NCBI RefSeq assembly: GCF_006345805.1
Contig: NW_021831731.1
Coordinates: forward strand, 248,001-312,000
DNA: 64,000 nt
From: Octopus sinensis
Taxonomy: Eukaryota
Reading direction: 5' to 3'
The notes under the pieces are model-generated. The model saw only the letters and a list, made by a program, of their open reading frames with translations, made no database searches and was not told where the DNA came from. Made by a program: the position numbers and the translations under genes. Below are positions 39,490 to 54,903 of the stretch, piece by piece (the first letter of the stretch is position 1; every line of letters starts with the position of its first letter).

Positions 39490-39720
39490 TTTCCGTGTTG
39501 GTACACTAAGACGACATCGGATATTGTCGGATACCAAACACATCGAGGTGATATGCACTGCTCTAAGGAACTATGAGGTAGTGAGAGAAGTAAAAATCGA
39601 CCAACAAAAGTCAGCGGGCCTGTACCTCGGCACCTGACGAAGCAGGTCTGTGCCGTCCAATAGCGTCGAGGATTGCTGGATAAACGGAGTGGTTAAATTG
39701 ATCCGTTTGGTTTGGTGCAC
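39490..39720 (+). mobile_element. L1/Tx1 RT fragment
   Basis: ...ILSDTKHIEVICTALRNYEVVREVKIDQQKSAGLYLGT*RSRSVPSNSVEDCWINGVVKL resembles L1/Tx1 RT after YADD (YE..SGAKIN..KS.GL.LG.W). Confidence 0.65.
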
Positions 39721-39843
39721 CTGTGGAAGACACACGAGATGTCAAAATATTGTTCATTTGATAACAACGGCACTCTTCTTTATTTGCTAATGATAATAAT
39801 AATAATAATAATGATGATGATGATGATGATGATGATGATGTTG

Positions 39844-39900
<57 letters not shown>

Positions 39901-39902
<2 letters not shown>

Positions 39903-40298
39903 CCTTTCTACTATAGGCACAAGGCCTGGCATTTGGGGGTGGAGGATAGTCGACTACATCGACCCCAGTGTTTCACTGGTACTTAATTTATTGATCCCGA
40001 GGGAATGAAAGGCAAAGTCGACTTCGACGGAATTTGAACTCAGAGCGTCATGGCGGACGAAATACCTATTTCTTTACTACCCACAAGGGGCTAAACACAG
40101 AGGAGACAAACAAGGACAAACGGATTAAGTCGATTACATCGACCCCAGTGCGTAACTGGTACTTAATTTATCGACCCCGAAAGGATGATAAGGCAAAGTC
40201 TACCTCGGCGGAATTTGAACTCAAAAACGTAACGACGGGCGAAATACCGCTAAGCATTTCGTCCGGCGTGCTAACGATTCTGCCAGCTCACTACCTTA
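39901..40298 (-). mobile_element. SINE family A dimer embedded in AAT/ATT repeats
   Basis: Same junction, at 40066/40067. Repeats lie on both flanks. Confidence 0.9.
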
Positions 40299-40308
40299 AT
40301 AATAATCA

Positions 40309-40373
<65 letters not shown>

Positions 40374-40444
40374 AATAATAATAATAATAATAATAAAGGT
40401 TTAAAAATTTGGCACTAGGCCAGTAATTTCGGGGGAGGGGATAA

Positions 40445-40862
40445 ACCAAACTGGCAAAATCATTAGTACGTGGGACAAAAGACACAGTGACATTTCATCT
40501 ATGTTTACGTTCTGAGTTCAAATTACGTTGAGTTCGACTTCATCTTTCATCCTTCCGGGGCCGATAAAATAAGTACCAGTTCATAGACTTACTCCTTCGC
40601 TCAAAATTTCGGTCCTTATGGCAGAAAGAACTATTAAAGGCGGCGAACTGTTAAAGTCTTTACCATGTCGGACAAAAATGCTTAGCAATATTTCTTCCGG
40701 CTCTTTTCGGTTCGCGTTCAAATACTGCCGAGGTCAGCTTAGCCTTTCATCCTTTCGAGGTAGATAAAATAAGAACCAGGTGAACACTACGGTTGAAGTA
40801 ATCGACTTGACTACTTTTCTTAAAATAGCTCGACTTGTGTCGAAAATTAATGAGAATTATTA
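40445..40862 (+). mobile_element. Two tandem older SINE family A copies (40445-40635, 40636-40862)
   Basis: Heads CTGGCAAAATCATTAG and AAAGGCGGCGAACTG, with B-box-like GAGTTCAAAT and GCGTTCAAAT. Confidence 0.75.
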
Positions 40863-41765
40863 TTACTGTTGTTGTTATTGATGTTGTTTGCATTCGCCTA
40901 CACACCATGGAATTTTGTATTCCCATATGTTTCATTAAGATTTTTTATCGTTTTCGCCCTAAAAGGAATCCGCATGCATCACAATTTTGTAGAGCAATAA
41001 CTACGAAACTTTGGGATGTAGTTTTCCCTTTTATTCGGCCCCACTAGTGTGCACTTCCCTCGTTAAGTGATCTTTAAAAATTCATAATGTATTAAAAAAA
41101 AAAAAAATACAGATTCCTGTGTTAGCATCAGAATGTTTTCGGCTAAGGTAGTTTAGAGAGGAAAAGAGGTAATTCAAAGAGAGAGTGAGAGAAAGAGAGA
41201 GAGAGAGAGAGTGAGAAGGGAGAAAGGGCAAGAGAGAGAAAACGGGAGAACGAGAGAAAATAGTAATGACTCTACAATATTTTAAAAGGATAAGTGTTAT
41301 AGTAACAGTGACCATTATTGTCGCCATAGCAACCAAAAGTATTGACGTCACTATAAAAACAAATACTACTACTGCACAGACGTCACTGCAATGACATGCG
41401 GATAAGAATATTTACTCTGCCATTTGCATCAGCAGTAGTATTAGCTGCAGCAAAACGACAAGAAACAAACAAGAACAAAGTCAGCAGCAGTCACAATAAG
41501 AACAAAAACAATACAAGAACAACAATGACGAGACTAAAATAAAAAAAAATCGGATTTCACCTTTAACCGCGCAGTGATTCAAAAGATGTTTCATTAACTC
41601 GAAAGAAAAGCCGAAGCAATAAAAATTACAAGGTCAATATCATGCATTAAGGTGATGACACTTCCACCTAAGGAGGTGAGCAGCACTCCCATCAGCGAAC
41701 AACGACAACAAAAAAAATCTAAACAACCACTGGATCCTGTCATTGTCGTTCGCGGTGTCTGATTA

Positions 41766-42938
41766 TGTCCAAATTTCCTTTACTGATTTCCTTGCTAATT
41801 ACGAAAATGGCGCCCATTTTCTTTTACACAAATTAATAAAAAAGGTCATAAAGCTTTAAAGTTTGAAGTTTTTGGCTAACTTTAGCCAATCGAAGACCTC
41901 TATTATATAGCGGGAAGCGTACGTGTCGTCTGTTTTCATAGCAACAACATTGATTGTCTGTTTTCTGCATTATTCAGTGATTTCAGAGGCTACAGTTCTT
42001 ACTCGACTATCCCAGGGTCAAGGAATTGAATACTGTCTGTTGTTGTGGAGGAGTTGGGCATATGCCACATCACAGCTGTTGATTATGGCAACTGTGCGCA
42101 TGAAATATGTGTGGAGGACATACCACGCAATCCAGTAAAGATAGCTGGTCCTGGAACAATTGTTAAAATTGTTGAAACAAAGTTTTCAAGACAGAAGAAT
42201 ACCCAAAGAAGGGTGCCAGCTGAACATTGTATCTTTCAGCAGAGTGTGTCGCGAGGCACAACAGTCGCAATCGTGAAACATTGGAGGAGTGTATTGAAAA
42301 GCCGGTTCTGTTGAGAACTACTATATGCAGCAACTTCTGTATTTCTGGTAAGCATACGTGCACATGCCAGACACCAAGGTATCAGTTTCAGCATAGAATG
42401 GAGAACCACAGCATTGGGTTTATCAACTCGCAAGACGGGTCATACAAGTTACAAGCGGTAACCATTTTGGGAAATAAACAGAACAGTGGCACTCATCGTC
42501 CTATGATTTACTTGTAGGCACGAATTCATGTGGTAGCGGAGAAATGAGAATTGCGACAACTTGTAAAACCTGTTTGAGTGCATTGCAAAATTTCAGTGTT
42601 CACTTGTCAGTTTTTCATTTCAGAACATTTTTTAAATGCTTTTTCATAATGTTCTAATTAGATTTTACACCTTCAAAGGGATTTCCTTGTGTTTTAATTT
42701 TCCTCATTAGATTCTTTATATATATATATGCCTTTCAAGGATTCGTCATATTTTCATTTTCTTATTGTCAACACATGGAAATTATGACTTCCGGCCAATC
42801 CAATAAAAGAGTCTTCTAGTTGACTAAAATTAGCAAAAGTTTAAAGGTTTGTAACTTTTTAATTATTCATTTTGTAAAAGATGAATTTCATTTTCGTTAT
42901 TGGCATGCGAAACTATACTGATGCAGGTAATTTGAACC
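41766..42938 (+). mobile_element. Merlin (IS1016/IS1595-like) DNA transposon, decayed, with long imperfect TIRs
   Basis: TAVDYGNCAHEIC...KIAGPGTIVKIVETKFSR (Merlin GGPG.IVEIDE.KF), NHS..FIN and EFMW. The ~140-bp ends are reverse-complementary. No TSD recognised. Confidence 0.8.
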
Positions 42939-43554
42939 AATTCGGAGACGTTGATGGAAAAGGATAAAATCCGTACAGGTATATCAATCATTAAGACCGG
43001 ATGTTGCAGTTTTCTAGCTCCACTGCAAATAGAAAAAGCTTTGGAAGAGATATTGTCTGGAGAGATAACTAAAAAGAGACAGTCTGGGAGAGTAGTGGCA
43101 ATCTGCAGCAGAGAGCACTGTTCACATTAGTCACGAGCAAATCCAAGTCTCAAGGACTTGTTAAGATCCCATTTATATGGGAAAAGATACTCCAGCAAGA
43201 ACTAGGCTAGATTGATGCTACGTACGGACTCCGTTGGCTAATGTTTATCATACCTCAGCAATGTTTATCATACCTCAGAGATTTGGAAGGAAACTGCAAG
43301 TTTTCCCTCTCTTCGCCGGGGCTTTCATCCAAGGGAAAATCCACAGATTTGGGATGATACAGATTAGATTTAAGTTTACTCCCAATGGACCGAATAACTT
43401 CAAAAACAAGAATTAACAGCAACAACCACAAATACCACAACAGCTGTAACAGAAACAGCAACAAATAAGCAAATAAGCATCAACAATAAAACGCAAAATC
43501 AAAAAGCAAAAGGACCTACAACAAACGCAATGAGAAAAAGAAGAGACAAGAAAT

Positions 43555-43680
43555 TCTTATAGTAGTAGTAGTAGTATCAGTAGCATCAGCAGCAGCAGCA
43601 TCAGCAGCATCAGCAGCAGCAGCATCAGCAGCAGCAGCATCAGCAGCAGCAGCATCAGCAGCAGCAGCAGCAGCAAGAGC
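43555..43680. repeat. (AGT)n plus CAG/CAT minisatellite
   Basis: Direct reading. Confidence 0.9.
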
Positions 43681-44389
43681 AGAAGTAACAACAATGTACA
43701 GATGAACCCCTTAGCCGTGCTGTTCTTTGAATCGAGGAGTTAATGAAATTTGTATAAAGATATAAAGGTAAAATATTTACCGAAAACGAAAGGTGGGATT
43801 GTAACACATTCCAAAAGAAGTCCATGCTGGTCAGCAGTGACTCTTGTCGTTGAAACCAGAGTTCAGTCAAGATGTTCGGACCCGGGCCTCGAACTGGAGA
43901 AAAATATTGAAAAGATCGTGAGCAGACCAGACAGTCTCATTCAAACGTGGGCTAAGAGAAATCTGTGGCTGAAAGATCAAGTGGAAAGTTTCCAACACCT
44001 ACATCACTCCAGCCTGTCTATTTTGCTCTGCCTCAGGAAACTTCTAATGAATTTGAAGTGTGTGGTCTTTCATTTCTTTTCAATTGGAAAGGCTCTCCTG
44101 GCCACGTGGTCCATTTATTGCTCAAATCCACCCCACTGACGGTATCAGGATGCCCTAGATGGTAAACCCTGGGACAGATACACTAGCAAAGACTGTCGTA
44201 TTATTCCACACTTTGCCTATTAGTGTAAGGTTGATCATTTGACATCTGAAATATTGCTAGATACTCACTGCACACCACAAGCCGTGTGTACCTGACAATA
44301 TTTCACGGTTTGTTCGCACATGTTCTGTGTCTCTGCATTGTCAGTTTGTGGGTAGAGTCGAAAAGCTGCTTTCATGTATAGAAAAAAAG

Positions 44390-44770
44390 TTAAGTATAAC
44401 ATGTCTTTGCTAACTGTGCTTAGGACACAAACGATTATTGACATAGTACATACCATTTTGATTTCTCTTTTCAGAGCTTCTTATCTAGCCAGTTTTCTCC
44501 TTTTCCAGAGATTCTGCTGTTCCTAGTACATGTGATGTCACACCAAGTACAATTGCCTCCCTTGTATGTCAGTACAGTATCAGGTTTTCGATGTTTCACT
44601 CCATGATCATAATAAATCATGATGTCCCAAGGTATCTTTTTCTGTCATTTCTACCTCAATCTTTGGTTATTATACATACCATTTTATCACTCCTTCCAAT
44701 CTAAACTTGTTACATAGTTCCATTAAACATTTTGGCGACATTGTCATGACTTCTTTTATATTCCCTTAGG
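44390..44770 (-). mobile_element. R4/Dong-like RLE fragment (decayed)
   Basis: EYKRSHDNVAK...ELCNKFRLEGVIKWY...HRKPDTVL...DIT...LKREIK...IIVCVLSTV. Confidence 0.7.
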
Positions 44771-47700
44771 GCCAATTACTTGCATTAGCTTAAAATATGC
44801 CACAGTTTTTCTCTAGTTTGACTACACATTCTGTATTCGTTAGATTCTAAGGAAAGTCAGTTCTAGTCATTCCTGTGTTTATATCTTTTTTTTTGCTAAT
44901 TTACTGCATTCCCTTAAGAGGTGGTTAATATTTCCATCTCCTTAGTAAACACCCTCTCAACGAAGCATAAACGCCACTATATCTGCTGAGGTAGTGATGA
45001 AAGAAACACCAAGTATATGTAAGTTAACGAGTAAGGTGTGAAAATGCTATGTCGTAAAAGAGAATAAATTATTTAGATGAGCCGTTCGTCCAAAAAACAA
45101 TAATGCTAACATATTTAATGTAGCGAACATCAAAAAATCTAATTAGGAAATAATTATGCCTCGAGGAAGTTAAAACATATGTTCAATATCTAATTACATT
45201 TTAGTTTTTTGGGTAAGTACAAGAGACAGTTCCAGATATGTATGGGCCTTTTTAGTTCCCAGTGAAGTATTGACTTCACTGTAGTTGAGGAAGTGGTAAT
45301 GAGAAAATTATTAACAACGCATGCAATAATATACGCATGTAGGCGTAAATAACAATGTATTAAAAATGTCACAAATGAAACAATTCAAAGACGCCATTCC
45401 TTAGAACTGTTGTTAGACGGTAGGAAACTGTTACACATGTGAGTTTTCTGTCTTCCATAAAAAACAAACATACAAAACATTAAAGTATCATGGGCAAAGG
45501 TCTGTACAAATGACAAGTTCTCATGCATTTTTCTTCCGAGTACTTTCAGATAATACTTCTCAAAACTGATAACTTTTTCACATGCAGTCACACCATTGAC
45601 CTCGTCTTATTGGTCTTCCGCTGATAACAATAAATTACGAGATGTGTAAGTTAAGTGGTTAAAGAGTTTTTAAGTCAAAGTCTATCAGCCAATCTTTAAG
45701 TATCTAAAAGCTCTTAGAACGAATATTCCAGAGAAACGTGATGAAAAACTGCCTATTCTGTATGGGAAAACATACAGAAACAATAATTGCAATGTCAGCA
45801 GTACCACCATCAACGACAAATAAGCTCCATTTTCATTATTGTTCCACGTCTGTATCTATTAACCCAGTATTTATCTCTAGTTCTGAGTGAAGACAAAGTC
45901 TAAGGCGACAACTTATTCGATGAATAACCAGAAAGGTTAAACATACCTCTGGTTTTGTTGGGGAAATGTGATTCTCTGACAGTAAAAAACGATATTGATA
46001 GCATACAGGAATAAAATTTGAAACCCTAAGTGTGTCATAGATAAACTATATTATGGGAGTATCATATCGTATTTCTGTGTGAACACTATTATGAGGAAAG
46101 AGGCTGAAGAGTTCATAGTATTATGAAACTTTGCACGAATTAATGAAATGACACAAGTCACTGAATCGATAGTTTAGGAGTTCGCTTCATAACTACGTTG
46201 ATACGAATTAATTCCAATGCGCAGCACCTGGGGAAAGTATTTACGGCCATAGCCGTGGATCAGCCAAAATCTTTGTTGGGGAAATTTGCGATACTGAAAC
46301 TGTGCAAACACATCGGAGACAAAATTCCTGTTATTGGATATCAGACTTGATATTTCATCGCCACCACCTAACGCTTAAATGCATCCAGGGAGTTCTCTAG
46401 CGATAGAGACAAAATATGTGTTAATGGACACTACACATTCTCTTCTGTTTAAACTATTACCTCACACCCCGCGAAATATTAAGGTAACTCGACATTATAG
46501 CTAAAAAAGACAGGGAATATGTTGCCATACATTGAAGTCAGAAATATGTCAGCGTTAAACGTAAGGCATTCTGAAAATCAGAGTTTATATTTATGAAGAG
46601 CGCCTTCAGAACATAAACATCAAAAGTAGAATATATTAGGATGGTAGTTTATGATAACTTAATGATAACTCTAAAATTTTTATTGTATCTGAATTATTTG
46701 AAAATAGAGAATAATTAATGAAATCGATTTATCTACTTTGCATGCAATTTACTTTTGAAGAAGTTTGGATTATTGATGATGCAAAAAGGATTGTTTAGCC
46801 TCAGGTCAACCTGCATGGAGAAAACTTATGATCAAAGAATTTCTAGCCGCGACTAAATAGTCTTTTCTTTAGACATAGTCTATCTAAGACTACATTATCA
46901 AATGCTTCCATTTTTAAGATTTTACAATGTAATTTGATGGAAATTGAGTTATTTTCAGTTGATCGATTGACCTCATTGGCTCGTTTGTAAAGAGAAGTAT
47001 TTGATTTTAGAAAGGTGCAATTACCTGACGGAGAAATTGTAAAAATCTATATAAAAAATAGAGAATTGAATCACATAAATAGTTTAGCGGGAATAAGAAA
47101 ACTATTGAAAACATGCTGTATATTCCTTCTGAACAGCTGCATTGATGAATTATAGATAGAAAGATAGCTATAAAAAGAAGTGAAGAATAAATGAAAGGAC
47201 GAGAATAGTTTTGGTTGGTACGTGAACTGTTCAAAATTGCTTATTAAAAGAACAAAAGGATCATAGATCATTGAAAAAAGTAAAGAAAACGAGGCGTAGA
47301 AAGAGAATAGAAAAAAAAATAGAACGAAAATATAGAAAATTAGAATACATTATTTTCAAGAAACAAAGAGGAGAGAGGGAGAGAGAGAGAAAGAAAGGAA
47401 GAGAGAAAGAGAGAGAGAAAGTGAGCAAATGAGAGAAGACTGAATTCGAAGGATCCAGGCGATGGTTAAAGTAGATCAATTTAAAGACTAAGGTTGAATC
47501 TTTGATCTCTATAGGACGGTAACAAATCCTGCTAATAAAGTGCATTAAGTTCCACTTAAGCAAACCATAAATTTTTCCCCAAATATATGAGAAGGAGAAT
47601 AATATTCAGGTTATATGTGAATTGAAGAATATAGCTAAAAGTAAATATAAACCACATTAGTTATATCTACATTGGCTGAGTTACTCACTGAACGATGAAC

Positions 47701-48038
47701 TCTGAGAAGGTTTCAGCAGCTGGAGAAATAGTCTGAAAAGTGTTATCAGGTGAACGAGAACGTCATTAAAAGTTTGCAGAATTTTAACAGCCGTGTGACG
47801 TGTGGTTGATGAAAACGACAAGAATGATTACAGTCATAGCTGTGAGGTGACAGTAGAACGAGTTAGAAAGATGAAACAAGTACAAAAGACAACTTCAAAA
47901 GGTATGGGAAAACTATGTCGACATTCATAAGTGTTAAGATAATTCCTATTCTGATTTCGACAGTAGAAATAATTAGCAAACAGAAGTTACAAATGAAAAA
48001 TATCAAATAAGTGACACTTCACTTTCAGTCATGATCAT

Positions 48039-49350
48039 ATTTTCGTTATTGGCCACAAGGGCTGCAAAAAAACATTTCGGGCAGTACAACGGCATACGAC
48101 AGTTGGTATTTACATATACGCGCGTAAACAATAAAACGATGAAAACCAGAAAACAGATGACAAAAAATTCACCAACTGTATGTAGCACCACCCAAAAATA
48201 ACCACGGAACTCCACTAATCCTGGATCTGCCAGACCGTCAAGGGCACTAGGGGAGACACTTCTCTCCCGTCCGTTTTTTTCCACCTTACAGGAACAAACT
48301 TAGAGTAGGCCACTCACTCGGGCTATACTCACTACATCCAGCACATGCTGTCCAACCCCACCATCGTTATTAAATAGAGCACAAAGAAGTGAATGAGGGT
48401 TTGGTTCAAGTGAAAAGTGTATCTCTTCAGTTCTTTTAAGCTCGTCGCCACACAACCTCTTTCGCTGTAGGCATCAGGCATAGGAAAACTGCTTGTCCTT
48501 TTTCAAACAAAGGACGTTGCTTGGAATCGAGTTGCACGTGCCTCTCCCGATACATCAAAGACTGAATTGGGGAACATTCGGAAAATCCAGTGCCTGTCAG
48601 ACAGTTCTAAACGTCTAAGAAGGTTTGAGAAGCTATTGAACACCCTCTTTGTACCGCTAGTCTCACACACAACTTCCAAGATGGCGTTGTAATCATCCAC
48701 TAACACAAAAGAGCAGTACATTCCTGAGAAAATCTCCAGCCGCCTCATTGGGTCGTAGACAACCACCAGTCTGAATACACCGCCTTTGCTACTGTTCGTA
48801 TCCAGGACAACCAACTTATATGGGCCCAGGATGAAGGACTGCATCTCGAAGCCAAGCCTTTCTGAAACGACACCACCATCCCCATTCGTTTCCCATTCCA
48901 GATCAGTTCAAATATGCCTAAAATGGGCGCCAAAGTGCGTGTCGCAAATCCTGTCTTTTTTATGGCAATCACATCTATAGCTAGTGACCTGAAGTCATTC
49001 AGCAGGCGACCCTATTTTCACGGTGCCATCAGGTCACGTGCATTTATGCAAATCTTTCTTAAAGTTGTTATTTTCATAAGAAAGAAAGGAAAATGGAAAG
49101 GGAGTCACTTTCCTTATTGGCTTAACCTGCTGGAAATCGATTGTGTTACAACCTCTTCTCTTTATGAGATTTCTTAGGGAAACTATAAAGGGTCCTTTTC
49201 GAGGCTGTTTTCACTGTCATGATTGAAACTCTCTCTAATTTTCCTATTCTTGTCAGTTTTAATTCGTAAGGGACTTTCAATTTACTTTTTATTGTAGTCC
49301 TTTCCACGTATCTCTATGTCTGTTTTGTGTTTTGCTGTTTTTCTGTTAGT
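48039..49350 (-). mobile_element. L1/Tx1 element with a large internal deletion (ORF1 end, APE endonuclease, ORF2 C-terminus, 3' UTR)
   Basis: RLLNDFRSLAIDVIAI...KLVVLDT...FRLVVVYDP...LVDDYNAIL (APE) is joined near 48530 to VFLCLMPTAKEVVW. The 3' end is AGCCCTTGTGGCCAATAACGAAAAT. Confidence 0.75.
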
Positions 49351-49523
49351 TGCTTTTTTTTTCTTTAGCTCCCTACTCCTTGTCACAATCGACTGTTTGT
49401 TCGGAAAACTCCAACTCAGACAGATCAGGATATGTTTTCTTGTGTGCTTATGTCTTTATGCATGTCGAAGCTAGAGGAACAAGAGAAGGAAGAGAAAAAT
49501 TTGCTGGGAGTGTTGTATTCGTT

Positions 49524-49925
49524 ACTAGCAGTATCGCCCGGCGTTGCTCGGGTTTGTAAGGGAAATAACTATATAAGCATTTTTAGAGAATTATAGCCAA
49601 AAAATAGCAAAAAATGCATTAAAAATGGATAAAAAATGATGGTAAATTTTTTTTTAAATCGTTGACTCTGCGTAGACATTTTTAGAGAGTTACTTCCCTT
49701 ATATACTAGCGAAAAAAATGCATTAAAATGGAAAAAATGATGGTAATTTAAAAAAAAAATCGTAGACTCATCGTAGACGCGCCCTAATACCCAGAAAGGC
49801 TCGATATGAATCACGACTATAAGATACCCGGTTTTGGTTAAACTGCACCGCAAAATGTGGGAGTAGTTAGGAATCTAAATCGTAGGAGACAGACACTCAC
49901 ACAACTTCACTTTTATATATATAGA
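49524..49925 (+). mobile_element. Non-autonomous Helitron-like element
   Basis: Starts ACTAGCAGTATCGCCCGGCGTTGCTCGGG and ends CTTTTATATATATAGAT, with an internal ~55-bp duplication. Confidence 0.5.
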
Positions 49926-51464
49926 TTTTCCGTCATCACAGTCGCTATTGCTGATGCATTAGATGATAATATTGTTTGTACTGCTGTTGTTGCTGTTTCC
50001 ACGTTGGCTTTACTGACGATGCCGCTTTTACTGATGTTGTGGCTGTTACTAACAATGCTGGTACAAATGTGTTATTATTGCACTTTCGAACCCTCACTGA
50101 AGCTGTTATTCCTACCTCTGTTGTCGTTTGTTGATGGTGTTTTGATTGTGTTAGCAGAAAACTCGGAGATGATCGATGGCTCTATATACAAATCCCGGAC
50201 ATTTGCTTTCCACCATTACTTGCACTAAGACCCCAGACCCCATTCGTCTGGAAAATGAGATCTGTGATCCTTTCCAGATATTCAGGATTTACGTGGAAAA
50301 GGATATTCTGTGTGGTCTCAAACCAGTTCTCCTTCCTCGTTCTCTAAAGGTTCTACCAGCTCGCCACAACATTGCCACAACTATTATTAAACTTACTATT
50401 ATAACTACAATTTTTATATTGTGAATATGACAGATACGCTATACGTAAAACTATTGTTGTTTATTGATATTAGTCTACCACTAGGATATTAACACAGTTT
50501 TGTATCGATAAAATTTGCTTCTCATTAAACTGGTTAATTCATCGTTCTTAAAACTACTCCAACAACCACCGAGAAACTCATTGTACTAAATTGATATTCA
50601 TATTGAATACTGCAGCATAAATTATATACTTCGCTCATATCTGACCGCCACGTTTGCTGATCGATTTCACCTACTTCAATTATAGGAGACAATTATTGAC
50701 AATGACGTTCTGTAGAATATTTAATTCATATCTATATAGCGCGATCAGAAATATGACCTTTTAAAAAGAAAGTTTACTGCAGGTTTTCATCAAAGCTGCT
50801 GTGTTTTAAAGGAATTTGGAAATATAGTCTCCGTCCTAAAACATCAGCAAGAGCTTCAGTGAAGCCTCCCTAAAATTTTGCAACGTAAAACGAAGAATTA
50901 TTAGCTACATCTAACTTAATTATTTAGGCCATGCAATTTTAATTGAACGCTCTATTGCATCTTGGGAAAAAAAGGACAAAATCTAGTCTTCTTCACGAAT
51001 TTATTCGCTTTTAACACACTTCTTTTTCTCTGCATAAGATATTTTCTCTCTCATGCTTCAACCTACGATCACCTACAATGATGACACTCCTACATATTTA
51101 ACTTACATTCCTAATATTACAAGGCCTTACTTAAACACTCATCGTTAAAAAGAACTGGCACTCAACCGTGAAATTGATTCTCATTATCTGGTAACGTAAA
51201 TATAAATTTATCACCTATATAAATCAAAATTATTCTATTGCTCATAAACAATTTCGTACAAAAATCAGTAATCCTTTCACTTATTAGCTGACTTCATATG
51301 ACCTTTCTCGTAAAACAATATCGGAGAAATTAGGTTTGTTTTTTCGAAAGAGAATAATAATTTTGGTTTTAAGTTAATAAACACTTTATAAAGTACGAGC
51401 AAACAATAGCATGTCGTACAGTTTCTATATTAACAATATTGAGAAGTGGAAAAGGGTGAAGTGA

Positions 51465-51575
51465 GGGACAGAAACGATAGAGTACTGGCATCTAGTTATT
51501 TTTCCTTTATGTTCTAAATTCGAATACAACTAGAATTTATCTTTTATATCTCGAAGGTTGATGAAACCAAGTTGC
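51465..51575 (+). mobile_element. Old SINE family A fragment
   Basis: Degenerate match (TATGTTCTAAATTCGAAT...TTTTATATCTCGAAGGTTGATGAAA). Confidence 0.45.
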
Positions 51576-52964
51576 AGTTACATACTTTGATAGATTCATT
51601 CGTCTACAGTTTTAACTATAAATGTTTGATTTTCCATCAAAGCTAGAAATCTATATTAGTAATAGCGTACGTTGCCACTCTCTGACCGGATGGTTCGATT
51701 CCATTTCAAATATGCTATCTGAGAGATAAGCAAATCCACAATAAGAATTTTCATTTTGTTATTCGTCTCAGGGCCATCGTACTGTTAAATAAAATAGTAT
51801 CTACTCATTTGAACTAATTCTGCTTTGAAATGTATACATTTCTTCCTTCATCCAAACAATAATAAGTATAGATATCCCTAACTCACGCACCTAACATTTT
51901 CTCTGTTCTTTTATTGATAAAATTATATCTCTCCAGCAACTGCCTTTCTGTTAACATTATTATTCCAAGATGTTTAGCTTAACATAATTTGGATTAACAT
52001 TACTTACACTAACTCTACCTCCACTCAAATTTCAATGCGTTTTTACAGGAACGTTGGAGTTTGCCCTTCACTTAACTGACTAATGAAGACCAAGCTTTTC
52101 TAAAAATATGAATTTCAGTATAACTTGGAACACAATCATTAACTTCATAATGAAGTTACATCATATTTAAATAAATAAATAATTATGTAAATTTGAATTA
52201 TATGGCCGGAGACATAAATCTTTACAAACAATGGAAACTTTGGAAGAATAAAGACGAGGAAATCTAAAAGCTATATATCTTTGTCACCGTCAGGTAACTA
52301 ATAACTGTAACAGAGTGGAATATACATCTTAGAGTTGTTAATTTTTCTCCTCTATGTCTTTCCCTCTAAATTAAAATTTATTCCGCATGTTTATATAATT
52401 CCAATTATTTATACTCTGGGGATGTGCAAACGAGAAGAGAGACCGCTAGCGTCGGCTTGATATTCTACTTAAAAAATTGCAATTCTCTAGACAAATGCAT
52501 TAATCAAATCACTGAGACTTTTCTAAAATTCATCATTAACAATGTCTTTTTGTTTTGGTATGTCTGTGTGAAGTCTATCAAACATACATACTTATCTGCT
52601 TATTTTTTCTATTACTTTTTTTTTTCGTGACAGGGACACCGACAAACGGACAGATATTTGGAAACAAAGAAAGTATTTAGAGAATGCTAGCGTATCTGTA
52701 AAGAAAACCGACATTTGTTGATTCTAAAATATAGATAAGTCTTAATATTATCAGGAATCTGATTTTGTTATGGGTAATAATTACACTTTACGTTACTGGA
52801 TATTAAATCTATTTATATACTATCGAAAACGTGAACGTATAGAACACCAACAAGGTATTGAATGTCAGGTTCAAAATTATTGACTTTCATAATATCAAGG
52901 GAAAACGAGTAATTGCTTAGTTGAATATTAGAGTCCCAAAATGATTTATTAAAACACAAATTTA

Positions 52965-54190
<1,226 letters not shown>

Positions 54191-54194
<4 letters not shown>

Positions 54195-54903
54195 ACGAAA
54201 GCAAGAGTTAAAAAATGTCGACAACTGAACTGTGGAACATGTCCCAACGTAATGGAAGACTCAGAATTCCATTTTAAGCAAGGACAAAATTTAAAATTAA
54301 AACTGACTTCACTTGCGCCTCTGAAAATCTCATCTACGTCATAGCATGTTCCGGCTGCAGCAGGAACTATATAGGTTTAACAGGGATGTCCCTCAGACGT
54401 AACAAATCTCCACCCCAATACCGTCAAATACCACTCAGTGGTTACATAGACAGATGTGCTAAGGAACGCCAACCATAATTCACAATATTCCCACTATATC
54501 AATGCACGGCAAGGACCTCCACTCAAAAACGACTAAATAAAGAGGCCACATTTATTGAAAACCAGAACTTAAAATAGATATAAAATGGAATTCACAAATA
54601 AAAAAAACAACTAAAACAAAAGAAAAAAAGAAAAACCGCCCATTAGCTAAGAGATACTATATCCACTGATTATCCCTTTAGCTAAAAAAACATTATATTC
54701 ACTGATTATCCCCTTGAGCTATAATCTCCTGTATAAATGCAAAACTGTTTCATGACTGCTTCTACGCGAGATTAAATCAAAAACTTATTATGATTTCATA
54801 ACATTGAGTCATGATTAACGAAGTGAAACCAGTCGACTCTGTACGTATTGTAATGGCTTAATTAAATAATTTTTATCTACATTATCTGCTTTTTCACCTT
54901 AAA

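Noticed and set aside
43240-43281. Tandem duplication of AATGTTTATCATACCTCAG
   Set aside because: A two-copy local slippage event with no further structure.
45385-45610. Minus-strand frame DEVNGVTACEKVISFEKYYLKVLGRKMHENLSF that looks protein-like
   Set aside because: The good acceptor upstream leads into stops in all frames, and no homology was recognised.
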